Positions 1 through 9,534 of a stretch of DNA of 64,000 nucleotides are shown piece after piece. Below the pieces are notes generated by a model that saw nothing but the letters and a program-made list of their open reading frames with translations, was not told the origin of the DNA and searched no databases. The number at the start of each line of letters is the position of its first letter. Position 1 is the first letter of the stretch. This DNA comes from Bacillota bacterium (GTDB taxonomy: Bacteria; Bacillota; Bacilli; Paenibacillales; Paenibacillaceae). The DNA lies in the NCBI GenBank assembly GCA_023433615.1, contig JAEZCJ010000120.1, positions 8,357 through 72,356 of the forward strand, written 5' to 3'. The position numbers were made by a program, and so were the translations under genes.

Positions 1-1
1 T

Positions 2-100
2 GCCAGCGCCATCGGCTTCTTCCTGCTCTTGATCTGCCTGATCATTACATGGGCCATTCGCAGGCTGACGTCGACCAAAGATTCGATTCAATATGCTTGA
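2..100 (+). CDS. 3' end of a sugar ABC transporter permease (MalF/CUT1-like), truncated by the window edge
   Basis: The frame is open from the window edge to TGA at 98-100. The tail ASAIGFFLLLICLIITWAIRRLTSTKDSIQYA is a hydrophobic helix plus a short polar end. The partner permease gene starts 17 nt later. Confidence 0.55.
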   Translation, partial: ASAIGFFLLLICLIITWAIRRLTSTKDSIQYA

Positions 101-116
101 ATGAGGAGGTTACCGC

Positions 117-1004
117 GTGAAAACAGTCAGTTATGTATCACGCCACGGCACTGTCAGGGCTTCCCGTTCGCGTTCGTTCGGCCGAATGTTCGGCGATTCG
201 ATTCTATACCCAGTGCTCGTCATCCTATCGATCGTACAGCTGTTGCCGCTCGTGTGGCTCTTATTGTTCTCGCTCAAGAACAGCCAAGAGGTGTTCGATC
301 TCCCGCCGTTCGCGTTACCGCCGGAGCTGCGCTGGGAGAATTACGTCAACGTATGGACGCAGGGCAATATCAGCCGTTACTTCGTCAATAGCGTATGGAT
401 GACGGCAGCCTCCGTGTTGCTGACCATCCTGCTGGCCAGCTTCGTTACCTATGCGATTACCCGGATGCGCTGGAAGCTTAGCCCGCTGGTGCTCGGCATC
501 TTCATGGTCGGGATGATGATTCCCGTACACGCGACGCTCATTCCGCTATTCAGTTTGTTCCGGAATATGAAGCTGATCGATTCGCCGCTTAGCATCATTC
601 TGTCCTATTCGGCATTCAACCTGCCGATTACGATCATGATCTTGCTCGGATTCTACCAGGCGCTGCCGCGGGAGGTCGAAGAGGCTGCCGTCATGGATGG
701 CTGCTCGGTGAATCGGCTGTTCTTCAGCATCATCCTGCCGATGACGTCGTCCGTCATCGTGACAGCGGCCATCGTTAACATGATCTACAATTGGAACGAG
801 TTCATCTTCGTCAACACGTTCATCAGCTCCGATGAGCTGAAGACGCTGACGGTCGGGGTTCAGAACTTCGTGGGGCAATACATGGTAGATTGGGGCGCGA
901 TCGGCGCTACGCTCATGATCAGCATTCTGCCCATTCTGCTCGTCTTCTTCGCGCTCAGCAATCGGATCGTGGAAGGCATTGCAGCCGGCTCGGTGAAAGG
1001 GTAG
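117..1004 (+). CDS. Carbohydrate ABC transporter permease (MalG/CUT1 family)
   Basis: 295-aa ORF with a GTG start and multiple hydrophobic segments. It has the EAA-loop signature ALPREVEEAAVMDGCSVNRLFFSIILPM. Confidence 0.9.
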   Translation: MKTVSYVSRHGTVRASRSRSFGRMFGDSILYPVLVILSIVQLLPLVWLLLFSLKNSQEVFDLPPFALPPELRWENYVNVWTQGNISRYFVNSVWMTAASVLLTILLASFVTYAITRMRWKLSPLVLGIFMVGMMIPVHATLIPLFSLFRNMKLIDSPLSIILSYSAFNLPITIMILLGFYQALPREVEEAAVMDGCSVNRLFFSIILPMTSSVIVTAAIVNMIYNWNEFIFVNTFISSDELKTLTVGVQNFVGQYMVDWGAIGATLMISILPILLVFFALSNRIVEGIAAGSVKG

Positions 1005-1078
1005 AATCTAACCCAGAGGATGCAGAATATCGGCCTCCGACGAGCAAGCGAATTGCGGGCAGAAGGGGATGTAAGTTC

Positions 1079-1876
1079 ATGCGTACGACGGTGTCGGATG
1101 TAATCGGGCTGCTGACGGAGCGTGTCGGCCCAATCGGGGAGACGGTAGATCGCCTGTTGATCGGCGGCATCGAGCAGGAAGTGAGAGGGATTGCGGTCGC
1201 ATTCATGCCGACAATCGAAGCGCTTGAACAAGCGGCAGCGACGGGAGCGAACTTATTCATTGCCCATGAAGGCGCTAACTATAATCACTATGCCGGCTTC
1301 GATGCAGCGTTGACGAACGATCCGGTGTATCAAGATAAGCTTCGCCTCCTTAGCGATAAGGGGTTGAACTTGTTCCGCTACCATGATTACCCCCATCGCG
1401 AACGGCCTGACCTCATCACGATGGGGCTGATCGAAACGCTCGGCTGGGAAGACTGCGTGACAAGGCACGCGCCAGAGGCCGCGATTCTCACGATACCGGC
1501 CATGCCGCTCCAGGACATAGTCGAGCACGTGAAGGCCAGCTTAGGCATTCCGTCGGTTCGCGTCGCGGGCCATCTTGCAGAGAACTGCTCGCGGATCGGC
1601 ATCACGGTCGGCTATCGCGGCGGAGGCGGGATAACGATCCCGCTGTTTCATGAAGGAGGCGCCGACCTGGTAATATGCGGCGAAGGACCGGAATGGGAAG
1701 CGCCTGAATATGTGCGGGATGCCGCGTATCGCGGCATGCCGAAGGCACTAATCGCGATCGGCCACGCCGAGAGCGAGCAGCCGGGCATGCGGAAGCTCGC
1801 CGAACGGCTGCGGATGCAGCTTCCCGATGTGCCGGTCGCCTATATTCCGATTGATCCTGTATTTCGTACGCTATGA
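1079..1876 (+). CDS. NIF3-like (dinuclear metal centre) family protein
   Basis: The ORF opens at 890 but overlaps the permease. The ATG at 1079 (MRTTVSDVIGLL) is the first start after the permease stop. C-terminal ICGEGPEWEAPEYV...IAIGHAESEQPG resembles the NIF3 GHxxSE region. This is a by-eye family call. Confidence 0.6.
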   Translation: MRTTVSDVIGLLTERVGPIGETVDRLLIGGIEQEVRGIAVAFMPTIEALEQAAATGANLFIAHEGANYNHYAGFDAALTNDPVYQDKLRLLSDKGLNLFRYHDYPHRERPDLITMGLIETLGWEDCVTRHAPEAAILTIPAMPLQDIVEHVKASLGIPSVRVAGHLAENCSRIGITVGYRGGGGITIPLFHEGGADLVICGEGPEWEAPEYVRDAAYRGMPKALIAIGHAESEQPGMRKLAERLRMQLPDVPVAYIPIDPVFRTL

Positions 1877-1886
1877 TGCATAACCT

Positions 1887-1947
1887 AAAGCCGGCTAGCC
1901 GTAACGCCACCGAGAGTGGACGACGGCTAGCCGGCTTTATCATTTTC
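1887..1947 (+). terminator. Rho-independent terminator after the NIF3-like gene
   Basis: A 16-nt perfect inverted repeat, AAAGCCGGCTAGCCGT (1887-1902) / ACGGCTAGCCGGCTTT (1923-1938), is followed by ATCATTTT. Confidence 0.7.
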
Positions 1948-2012
1948 ATTGACAAGGGAATGCGCTTTCGCGAAGATTTAGAGTACAATGGATGTCGGAA
2001 GGACGGGATGGT

Positions 2013-3584
2013 ATGAACCGGGTACTATTAGTCGATGACGAAATATTCGCGAGACAAGGACTGCGCAACCTAATCGATTGGGCATCATGCGGCTTCGAGG
2101 TTATCGGGGAGGCGGGCAACGGCGAAGACGCGCTGGCTTCTTTCGAAGAGCTGCGGCCGGACCTTGTCATCACGGACATCCGAATGCCTGTTATGGACGG
2201 ACTGGAATTGATTCGCCGGGCAACGGAGGAGATGGCGGAACCGCCGAGCTTCATCATCATAAGCGGCTATAACGACTTCAAGTACGCGCAGCAAGCCGTG
2301 CGCTTCGGCGTCGTGGACTTCATCCTGAAGCCGATCGACGAGGACGTGCTCGAGACGACGCTTCGCCAGCTGAACGAGAAGATTGCGCGGGAGCGATCGC
2401 TTCGTCACGAGCGGGAACGGCTCATGAAGGAGCGGATCGTCAACGCGCTTATTACGGGCGAGGCCGATGCCGAGCATTCGAACGAATGGTCTGCGCGGCT
2501 CGGTTTGCCGAATAACGTGCCGGTGCGCTACACCTTCATCGAATTGAACGATAATCATCCTTGGCTCGCAGATGCCGGCATCGTGACGCAGGATTCGTTC
2601 AGGCAAGCGATCCGGGAGACGCTGAAGCAGCGATTAGACGGCAGCCGGGACGTGCATCTACATGAGCATCGCAGTCGAGTCGGGATCATCCTATCGTCGG
2701 CCGAGATCGCAGCTGCATTCGGCAGCCCGGAACAGTATGCCGCCAGGCTGCAGCAGACGATCGAGGAACGCGTGAACCGGACGGTCTACGTGTACGTGGG
2801 CAGCGAAGTGAGCAGGTTGGCGGAGCTGCGACAGGCTTATCTTACGGCTAAGGAAACGCTGCAGCATAAATACGGCTCCAAGGACAAGCACTACGTTCTA
2901 TACGATACGGTCAGAGATCAGGCTCTGTATGAGCTGGATGCGGACAAGCACTTCCATCGGGAGCTGACCGAGCGGATCGAGGAGAACGACGAAGAAGGCA
3001 TCCGGGAACTGATCGAGCGGCTGTTCCACGAGTTCGAGGAGCAGCGCTATGCGCCGGAAGCCGTCAAGATGGCTATCCATCACTGCGTGACAGACGTGAT
3101 CACGGTCGCGAGACAGATGGACATCGACAGGCAGCAGTTGAAGAACTTGGAGCCGATCATCAGCTGGCAGGATATGAATCTGTCGCTCGGCGAACTGAAG
3201 CGGCTCTTTACGGCCTTCGTCGCTTCCAGCGCGAAGCAGCTGTCCAAGGGGCGCAAGGAGAGCATGCGGGGAAGCATCACCAAGATCAAAAATTACATCG
3301 AATCGAACTATAGCGACAATATAAGCCTGAAGAGCTTATCGCATGAATTCTATATGAATCCGGTCTATCTCGGGCAATTGTTCAAGAAGACGTACGGCGT
3401 CTATTTCAACGATTTTCTCTTGCAGCTGCGCGTCGACGAAGCAAAGAAGCTGCTGCGGCAGACCGACCTGCGCATTTATGAGATCGCGGAGCGGGTCGGG
3501 TTCACGAGCAGCGATTACTTCGTCACCCAGTTCGAGAAGATCGAGCATATGACGCCCACCGAATACCGCAACAAGCTGAAATAA
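2013..3584 (+). CDS. Two-component response regulator, REC + AraC/XylS HTH (YesN-like)
   Basis: Receiver motifs VLLVDDE and DLVITDIRMPVMDG. C-terminal AraC HTH (SLKSLSHEFYMNPVYLGQLFKK ... YEIAERVGFTSSDYFVTQFEK). ATG 2013 lies 9 nt after GGAAGGA. The ORF opens at 1992. Confidence 0.9.
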   Translation: MNRVLLVDDEIFARQGLRNLIDWASCGFEVIGEAGNGEDALASFEELRPDLVITDIRMPVMDGLELIRRATEEMAEPPSFIIISGYNDFKYAQQAVRFGVVDFILKPIDEDVLETTLRQLNEKIARERSLRHERERLMKERIVNALITGEADAEHSNEWSARLGLPNNVPVRYTFIELNDNHPWLADAGIVTQDSFRQAIRETLKQRLDGSRDVHLHEHRSRVGIILSSAEIAAAFGSPEQYAARLQQTIEERVNRTVYVYVGSEVSRLAELRQAYLTAKETLQHKYGSKDKHYVLYDTVRDQALYELDADKHFHRELTERIEENDEEGIRELIERLFHEFEEQRYAPEAVKMAIHHCVTDVITVARQMDIDRQQLKNLEPIISWQDMNLSLGELKRLFTAFVASSAKQLSKGRKESMRGSITKIKNYIESNYSDNISLKSLSHEFYMNPVYLGQLFKKTYGVYFNDFLLQLRVDEAKKLLRQTDLRIYEIAERVGFTSSDYFVTQFEKIEHMTPTEYRNKLK

Positions 3585-3612
3585 GGACCTGTTGCGATTG
3601 CGATGAATATCA

Positions 3613-3768
3613 GGAAGCATGTTCGACGTCGAATCTTGAACGCTAGCGCGATTAAAGCGTATGCTTCCGACGTGCGTTTCTTACGGATACGCTGGAGGTG
3701 CTCACGTAGATCTGTCTACAAGCTTATGCTTCCGAAGTGCGTTTCCCATGAAACGCTGGAGCTCCTCA
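3613..3768 (+). repeat. Structured repeat block in the spacer between the regulator and kinase genes
   Basis: There are two about 45-nt direct repeat units: TATGCTTCCGAcGTGCGTTTC...ACGCTGGAG at 3660-3697 and TATGCTTCCGAaGTGCGTTTC...ACGCTGGAG at 3725-3760. Each contains a hairpin; it is perfect in unit 2 (GCGTTTC 3739-3745 / GAAACGC 3750-3756). An inverted 8-mer GGAAGCAT (3613-3620) can pair with ATGCTTCC (3661-3668). Confidence 0.6.
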
Positions 3769-3840
3769 ATCGCTGCTATCGTCCAAACTTCTCGGCACTG
3801 GCAACAGGTCAGATATAAATGTTATTGAGGAGATGCTAAC

Positions 3841-5625
3841 GTGTTCGCGATGCTCACCTTGAACAACGTGCGGCTGCGGGATAAGATGCTGATTCTGTAC
3901 GTGCTCAGCGTGCTCATACCGATCGTGCTGACCAACGTGATTTTCTACCAAGTTACCACGGACAGCGTAAAAAGGCAGCGCATGCAGGATATTTCCCGTG
4001 CTTTGGAGCAAATTAAGAACGAATTCCGCGCGGAAATCGATGATGCGGTCAGCGTCTCGACGATCTTCTTCAACGACTACAACCTGAACGATATCATAGA
4101 GACCGAGTATGAGCAGCCTGCCGACTACGTCATGGCTTACGACTCCTACTTCCGCAGAATCCTGAACAGCTATACGCCCGTCTATACGTCGGTACAGAAC
4201 ATTAAGATCTACGTGGACAACCCTACGCTGCTGCATTCGGGCGGCATCGGTTATATCACGGAAGAAGTGAAGCAGTCTGACTGGTACCAGGCTGCGCAAG
4301 GGACCAGCGTGGCGTTCCTGCGGACGCCGATGGAAGATACGATCGACCTGACGACGAACGCCGACAATGTACGCGAAGCGTTCAGCATCGTTCGCAGGAT
4401 GAACAGCTTCGATGACGGAGACAGCTGGGAGAAAATACTTAAGATCGAATTGAAGCTGTCGTCGATCGACCAGATTTTCGGCAACCTCAATCTGAGCGGG
4501 CAGGTGTACCTCGTCAATCCGGACGGGAAAGTGGAATACACGACGAATGGAGAGGTCGACTGGCGTAGGGAGAGTGTCGCGTACGCCTCCATCCCGCATC
4601 AGGAGGATACGATCGAGATTGAGACGGCTTACGAGACGGTCAGCTACTTGAACAATTGGCAGGTGATCGGGACGATATCGGAAGAGGAAGTGTTCCAGGA
4701 GGTACGTCAATCGAGGGAATTCGTCATCTGGCTGGCCTTCCTGAATATTATGGCCTCGACGATCGTCATCGTATGGATCACGCGTTCGCTGAACGTGCGT
4801 CTGGTTAATATTCTGCGCCACATGAAGCGCGTGAAGAATCAACAATTCGACACGATCAAGACGGCGGAGACAACGGACGAGATCGGGCAGTTAACGAGCG
4901 AGTTCAACCGGATGACGCTGCAGATCAAGAGCTTGATCGACGATGTCTACGTCGCGGACATCCAGAAGAAGAATCTGGAGATCGAGCGGCGCAGAGCGCA
5001 GCTGAATGCGCTGCAGAGTCAGATCAATCCGCACTTCCTGTTCAACGCGCTCGAGACGATTCGAATGCGAAGCCTCATCAAGAAGGAGACCGAGACGGCC
5101 AAAATCATTCACAATATGGCGAAGATCTTCCGCTCGTCACTGACATGGAATCGTGATAAGATAACCGTCGACGAGGAGATGGCGTTCGTCATCTGTTTCC
5201 TCGAGATACAACAATATCGCTTCGGGGACAGGCTGGAATATGAACTGCATATCGACCCCGAAGTGCGGCAATGCGCCATTCCGAAGATGGTATTCCTCCC
5301 GTTCGTGGAGAATGCGAGCATTCACGGCATCGAGAAGCAGAAGGACGGCGGACGGATCGACCTTCGCATCGAGCGCAACTCGGAACGGCTGGTCTTCTCC
5401 ATTCACGACAACGGGGCAGGGATGACGCCGGAACAAGTGGCGCTGTTCTATAGTTACCTGGAGCAGGATGACGAGATCGGCGAGCGCATCGGCGTGCAGA
5501 ACGTGATCTATCGATTGAAAATGATCTACGGGGACAGCTTCGAGCTTTCCATCAGCAGCGAACTGGGGAGCGGGACGTTCATTCGGATTTCGATACCAAT
5601 CGACGACGTGAATCCGGATATATAA
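3841..5625 (+). CDS. Sensor histidine kinase, YesM-like (TM - extracytoplasmic domain - TM - HAMP - His_kinase - HATPase)
   Basis: 594 aa, GTG start 8 nt after GAGGAG. Motifs: H-box region QINPHFLFNALE, N-box FVENASIHG, G-box HDNGAGM ... GVQNV. Two hydrophobic segments flank an about 270-aa sensor domain. Confidence 0.9.
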   Translation: MFAMLTLNNVRLRDKMLILYVLSVLIPIVLTNVIFYQVTTDSVKRQRMQDISRALEQIKNEFRAEIDDAVSVSTIFFNDYNLNDIIETEYEQPADYVMAYDSYFRRILNSYTPVYTSVQNIKIYVDNPTLLHSGGIGYITEEVKQSDWYQAAQGTSVAFLRTPMEDTIDLTTNADNVREAFSIVRRMNSFDDGDSWEKILKIELKLSSIDQIFGNLNLSGQVYLVNPDGKVEYTTNGEVDWRRESVAYASIPHQEDTIEIETAYETVSYLNNWQVIGTISEEEVFQEVRQSREFVIWLAFLNIMASTIVIVWITRSLNVRLVNILRHMKRVKNQQFDTIKTAETTDEIGQLTSEFNRMTLQIKSLIDDVYVADIQKKNLEIERRRAQLNALQSQINPHFLFNALETIRMRSLIKKETETAKIIHNMAKIFRSSLTWNRDKITVDEEMAFVICFLEIQQYRFGDRLEYELHIDPEVRQCAIPKMVFLPFVENASIHGIEKQKDGGRIDLRIERNSERLVFSIHDNGAGMTPEQVALFYSYLEQDDEIGERIGVQNVIYRLKMIYGDSFELSISSELGSGTFIRISIPIDDVNPDI

Positions 5626-5728
5626 TTTTTGCAGTAGGACCTTTAGATTATCGGGTAAACAAAGTCTCCTATTCGATCTATACTGAAACTGCTTACAAAC
5701 TAGAAGAGTGAAAGGGGTCTTAACAACA

Positions 5729-7444
5729 GTGAATAAGAACAAGATTATTGGTCTGTTCCTGGCGGTCATCATGCTGACATCGTTGCTTGCTGCTTGCGGC
5801 AACAACAACAACAGCAACAATGGCGGCAGCACTTCCGGCAACAACGGCGCAAGCGAAGGAAACGGCAACGCAGCCGAGAAGCCGCTCGACAAAGTAACGT
5901 TCTCCTACTTCAGCGGCGTTACGGGCAAAAAAGACGTAAACACGAACGAAACGACACTCGGCAAGCTCTACGAGGATCAAACGGGCGTCAACTTTAAAAT
6001 GGAATACCTGGTAGGCGAACTGACGACGAAAGTCGGTACGATGATCGCTTCCAACGACTATCCGGACGTTATCGTTCCGGACGCATCGGTCGACGAGTTG
6101 ATCGGCGCAGGCGCGTTGATCGACCACACGCCTTACCTGACGAGCGACGAATATCCGAACTTGAAGCGCGTATTCGGACCTTACCTGAGCCGCATGAAGA
6201 GCCCTGACGGCAAGATCTACTTGCTGCCGTTCTCCACGGTCGTCAACGAATTCCAACCGGACCCTAACATCAACCAAGGCGCATTCTGGGTACAGCGCCG
6301 CGTGCTGAAGGAAGCCGGCTATCCGAAAATCAAAACGGTCGACGAGTACTTCAAGCTGGTTGAAGATTTCGCGGCTAAGCATGCTGACGAAGGCCTGACG
6401 GGCTTCCTGTCGCTGACGCATGACTGGCGTTTCTTCGCAACGTCGAACCCTCCGATGCACCTGGCAGGTTTCCCTAACGACGGCGAAGTATACGTCGATA
6501 TGGACGACTTCGAAGCGCATGTCTACACGGCTAGCGATTTCGACAAGCGTTGGTTGAGCAAGCTGAACGAGATCAACGCCAAGGGACTGTTCGACAAAGC
6601 TTCTTACGTAGACAACTATGACCAATACATCGCGAAGCTGACTTCGCACAAAGTAATCGGCTTCTTCGACTACGGCTGGCAGATCAACAATGCGCAGCTG
6701 AACCTGCAAGATGCAGCGAAGAAAGATCAATCGCAAGATGACTTCGTATACTTCCCGCTGCCGGTCACGTTCGATGGCGAGAAGGACCAGTACCTTGATC
6801 CTCCAGGTTTCGTCAACAACCGCGGACTCGGCGTAACGGTAAGCGCGAAGGATCCGGACCGCATCATGGCTTACTTCGACAACATGCTGACCGATGAGAA
6901 CCAAGTTCTCAGAAGCTGGGGCATCAAAGGCGAGACGTACGAAGTGGACGAGAATGGCCGCTTCTACCGCACGGCAGAGCAAATCCTGAAAATCGACGAA
7001 GCGTTCCGCGAGTCGTTCGGCTTCAAGTACTATGACTACGATTGGCCGATGTACAACACGAACTCGACGCTGCCGGACGGCAACGCGCTGTCTCCTGCGC
7101 TTCAACCTGAAGTATTCCAGATGAACCTGACGGAAGGCGACAAAACGATTCTCGAGGCTTACGGCGTACAGACTTATTCCGAAATGTTCGCAGCACCGGA
7201 CGACCGTCCTTGGTTCCCGGCTTGGAGTATCGCGAAGGAACAAGGCTCGCCGGAGCAAATGTACGAGACGAAGAAATCCGAAATCGTCAAGAAGTACATC
7301 CCGCAGCTGGTACTGTCTAAGCCTGCTGATTTCGAGAAAGTATGGGCTGACTACCGCAAAGAATTCGAGAAGCTTGATACGGCTGGATACGAAGCATTCG
7401 TAACCGAGAAGATCAAGGAACTGATCGAAGTCGCAAATCAATAA
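5729..7444 (+). CDS. Extracellular solute-binding lipoprotein of an ABC transporter (LplA-like, large family-1 SBP)
   Basis: Signal peptide with a lipobox (NKNKIIGLFLAVIMLTSLLAAC) followed by an N/G/S-rich linker. The start is GTG 5729 or GTG 5708; both are in frame. Confidence 0.88.
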   Translation: MNKNKIIGLFLAVIMLTSLLAACGNNNNSNNGGSTSGNNGASEGNGNAAEKPLDKVTFSYFSGVTGKKDVNTNETTLGKLYEDQTGVNFKMEYLVGELTTKVGTMIASNDYPDVIVPDASVDELIGAGALIDHTPYLTSDEYPNLKRVFGPYLSRMKSPDGKIYLLPFSTVVNEFQPDPNINQGAFWVQRRVLKEAGYPKIKTVDEYFKLVEDFAAKHADEGLTGFLSLTHDWRFFATSNPPMHLAGFPNDGEVYVDMDDFEAHVYTASDFDKRWLSKLNEINAKGLFDKASYVDNYDQYIAKLTSHKVIGFFDYGWQINNAQLNLQDAAKKDQSQDDFVYFPLPVTFDGEKDQYLDPPGFVNNRGLGVTVSAKDPDRIMAYFDNMLTDENQVLRSWGIKGETYEVDENGRFYRTAEQILKIDEAFRESFGFKYYDYDWPMYNTNSTLPDGNALSPALQPEVFQMNLTEGDKTILEAYGVQTYSEMFAAPDDRPWFPAWSIAKEQGSPEQMYETKKSEIVKKYIPQLVLSKPADFEKVWADYRKEFEKLDTAGYEAFVTEKIKELIEVANQ

Positions 7445-7480
7445 TCAATACCCTTAACTCAATAGAACACCGCTACATGC

Positions 7481-7530
7481 GGAGAGGCCGGCTTACAGGT
7501 TTACGGCGTAAAGTCGGCCTCTCCTCTATT
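7481..7530 (+). terminator. Intra-operon hairpin (partial terminator/attenuator) between the binding-protein and permease genes
   Basis: GGAGAGGCCGGCTT (7481-7494) pairs with AAGTCGGCCTCTCC (7511-7524) with one mismatch, followed by a pyrimidine-rich tail TCTATTCCTC. This placement is typical for setting an SBP excess over the permeases. Confidence 0.5.
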
Positions 7531-7599
7531 CCTCTAATCACCCCGTTTGCCTAAGTACGAGCTATACCCGATTTGGCTTTGGAAGGAGAGAAATAATAC

Positions 7600-8571
7600 A
7601 TGGAGAATAAGTCTGCTGTTCAGATGCCGAACTCGGTGTCGCCAAGCGTTAAGCCTACGGGAATCAAGCTGTTCTTCAAGAAGTTAATCCAACAGCGCGC
7701 GCTAGTCGTCATGTCGGTTCCTTTCATTATCTGGCTGTTTATCTTCAAATACATGCCTTTGTGGGGCTGGACGATTGCATTCCAAGATTTCAAACCCGCA
7801 TTAGACTTCGCAGATCAGACTTGGGTAGGGTTTAAGCATTTCAAGTTTCTGTTCGGTGACGAACGCTTCCTCCGCGTGCTTCGCAATACGCTCGCGATGA
7901 ACCTGATCAATCTTGTGCTTGGATTCGTAACGGCCATTACGCTTGCCTTGCTGCTCAATGAGCTAAGACATGTGGTATTCAAACGCGTCGTACAGACGAT
8001 CAGCTACCTGCCGTACTTTATTTCTTGGGTCGTAGCTGCGAGCATCATCCAAACGACGCTGTCGCCGGATGGCGTGATCAACGAACTCCTGCTCAACTTC
8101 GGCTTCATTAAGGAGACAATTCTGTTCCTCGGCGTCCCTGAGTATTTCTGGGGAATCTACGGGGGATCCATGGTCTGGAAAGAAATCGGTTGGAATACGA
8201 TCGTATATCTTGCCGCGATGACGATGATCGATCCGCAGCAGTACGAAGCCGCAGAGATCGATGGCGCGAACCGGTTCCAGCGCATCTGGAACATAACGCT
8301 GCCAGGCATCAAGCCGGTTGTCATTGTCTTGCTCATCATGAACATCGGTTACCTGCTCCAAGGTACGTTCGACCCGCAGTACCTGCTGGGTAACGGCATG
8401 AATGTCGACTATTCCGAAATCATTGACATATTCGTTCTGAAGTACGGTATTCAGCAAAGCAACTTCTCGCTTGCGATTGCGGCTGGCATGTTCAAAACGG
8501 TTGTCAGCTTCGTCCTGATCTTCGGGGCCAACGCGATTGCGAAGCGGGCCGGCGAAGCAAGACTGTTCTAA
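7600..8571 (+). CDS. ABC transporter permease (LplB-like)
   Basis: 323 aa with RBS GGAAGGAGAG upstream. EAA loop YEAAEIDGANRFQRIWNITLPGIKP. Multiple TM segments. Confidence 0.9.
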   Translation: MENKSAVQMPNSVSPSVKPTGIKLFFKKLIQQRALVVMSVPFIIWLFIFKYMPLWGWTIAFQDFKPALDFADQTWVGFKHFKFLFGDERFLRVLRNTLAMNLINLVLGFVTAITLALLLNELRHVVFKRVVQTISYLPYFISWVVAASIIQTTLSPDGVINELLLNFGFIKETILFLGVPEYFWGIYGGSMVWKEIGWNTIVYLAAMTMIDPQQYEAAEIDGANRFQRIWNITLPGIKPVVIVLLIMNIGYLLQGTFDPQYLLGNGMNVDYSEIIDIFVLKYGIQQSNFSLAIAAGMFKTVVSFVLIFGANAIAKRAGEARLF

Positions 8572-8584
8572 GGAGGGATCAACT

Positions 8585-9526
8585 ATGGCAGAGCTAACAG
8601 CAAAAGCGAAATCGAAAAAATATATGCGCGGCCGTCTCTCGACCGGCGATCGGATATTCGACTATGTGAACATCTTCATCATGTGTCTCTTGGTCATCGT
8701 GACCCTCTATCCGTTCATAAACACGCTGGCCGTGTCATTCAATAATCCGCAGGATTCGATCAAGGGCGGTATTTACCTCTGGCCGCGGATCTGGACAATC
8801 GAGAACTACGAATACGTATTCGGCGAAGCATCGATCTACCACGCGACGCTGATTTCCGTGCTGCGTACGGCGATCGGCACGGTCATTACCGTATTCTGCT
8901 CGGCTATCGTGGCATACACGATCAGCCGCGACGACTACGTATTGCGTAAATTCGTCACGGTCGCGTTCATCCTCACGATGTATTTCAGCGGCGGCTTGAT
9001 TCCGGAATTCCTGCTGATGCGGGACCTGCACTTGATCAAGACCTTCTGGGTCTACATCCTTCCGGGCATGATCGGCGTGTTCAACCTGATCATCATTCGT
9101 TCCTTCATCTACGGCTTGCCGGACAGCATTCTGGAGTCGGCTAGAATCGACGGTGCCGGTGAGTTCAGGACGTTCTTCAGCATTGTGCTTCCGCTCTGCA
9201 TGCCCGTGCTTGCGACGGTTGCGTTGTTCACGGCGGTATATCAATGGAATGCATGGTTCGACGTCTTCCTCTATAACTCGTCTATAGAGAAGCTCAGCAC
9301 CTTGCAGTACGAGCTGCAGAAAATTCTTGCAAGCTCGAACGCAACGACCGGGGCCATCTCGGTAGGCGATGCGATGTCGAGAGGCGCCGCAGGCGGAACA
9401 ACGGTCACGCCGCTGTCCGTACGCGCCACGATGACGATCGTAGCATCCGTGCCGATCATCATGGTATATCCGTTCTTGCAGAAGTACTTTGTCAAGGGCA
9501 TGATGGTAGGCGGCGTCAAAGGTTAA
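8585..9526 (+). CDS. ABC transporter permease (YtcP/LplC-like)
   Basis: ATG 8585 (MAELTAKAK) follows AAGGAGGGA. EAA loop ILESARIDGAGEFRTFFSIVLPLCMP. The ORF opens at 8537, overlapping the upstream gene. Confidence 0.9.
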   Translation: MAELTAKAKSKKYMRGRLSTGDRIFDYVNIFIMCLLVIVTLYPFINTLAVSFNNPQDSIKGGIYLWPRIWTIENYEYVFGEASIYHATLISVLRTAIGTVITVFCSAIVAYTISRDDYVLRKFVTVAFILTMYFSGGLIPEFLLMRDLHLIKTFWVYILPGMIGVFNLIIIRSFIYGLPDSILESARIDGAGEFRTFFSIVLPLCMPVLATVALFTAVYQWNAWFDVFLYNSSIEKLSTLQYELQKILASSNATTGAISVGDAMSRGAAGGTTVTPLSVRATMTIVASVPIIMVYPFLQKYFVKGMMVGGVKG

Positions 9527-9534
9527 GGGTTCGT

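Noticed and set aside
890-1078. N-terminal extensions of tracked ORFs: 890-1078, 8537-8584, 46662-46736, 49714-49755, 52573-52710, 56084-56344, 59288-59605.
   Set aside because: The extensions overlap the preceding gene or intergenic signals and lack RBSs. Internal ATG/GTG/TTG starts with good Shine-Dalgarno spacing reproduce the N-termini expected for the families.
1949-1989. TTGACA (1949-1954) and TACAAT (1984-1989) as a sigma-A promoter for the YesN-like gene.
   Set aside because: The spacer is 29 nt, far from the 17 +/- 1 optimum. A TSS after 1989 would also leave no room for the RBS at 1997-2003.
3603-3818. A 71-aa ORF in the regulator-kinase spacer.
   Set aside because: It has no RBS, its composition is Arg/Cys/Leu-rich, and it is built from the direct-repeat units. 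I treat the region as a nucleic-acid-level repeat element instead.
5795-5880. Asn/Gly/Ser-rich codon repeats (AACAACAACAACAGCAACAAT...) in the binding-protein gene. A similar tract lies at about 52795-52880 in the NlpC/P60 gene.
   Set aside because: These are typical flexible linkers after lipoprotein signal peptides in Firmicutes. They are in frame and are not independent repeat elements.
5720-7441. A 573-aa ORF lies antisense to the solute-binding protein gene. Similar long antisense or out-of-frame ORFs occur elsewhere: 3766-4845, 11790-12818, 12500-13732, 16638-17834, 21438-22529, 24749-25705, 25579-26511, 29867-31258, 36241-37668, 39692-40780, 42706-43836, 43259-44701, 48077-49123, 49618-51168.
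   Set aside because: Each fully overlaps a gene with clear family motifs on the other strand or frame. Their translations are Arg/Ala/Pro/His-rich and low in Lys/Ile/Asn, as expected for stop-poor alternative frames in GC-rich coding DNA. None has a convincing RBS or a recognisable motif.
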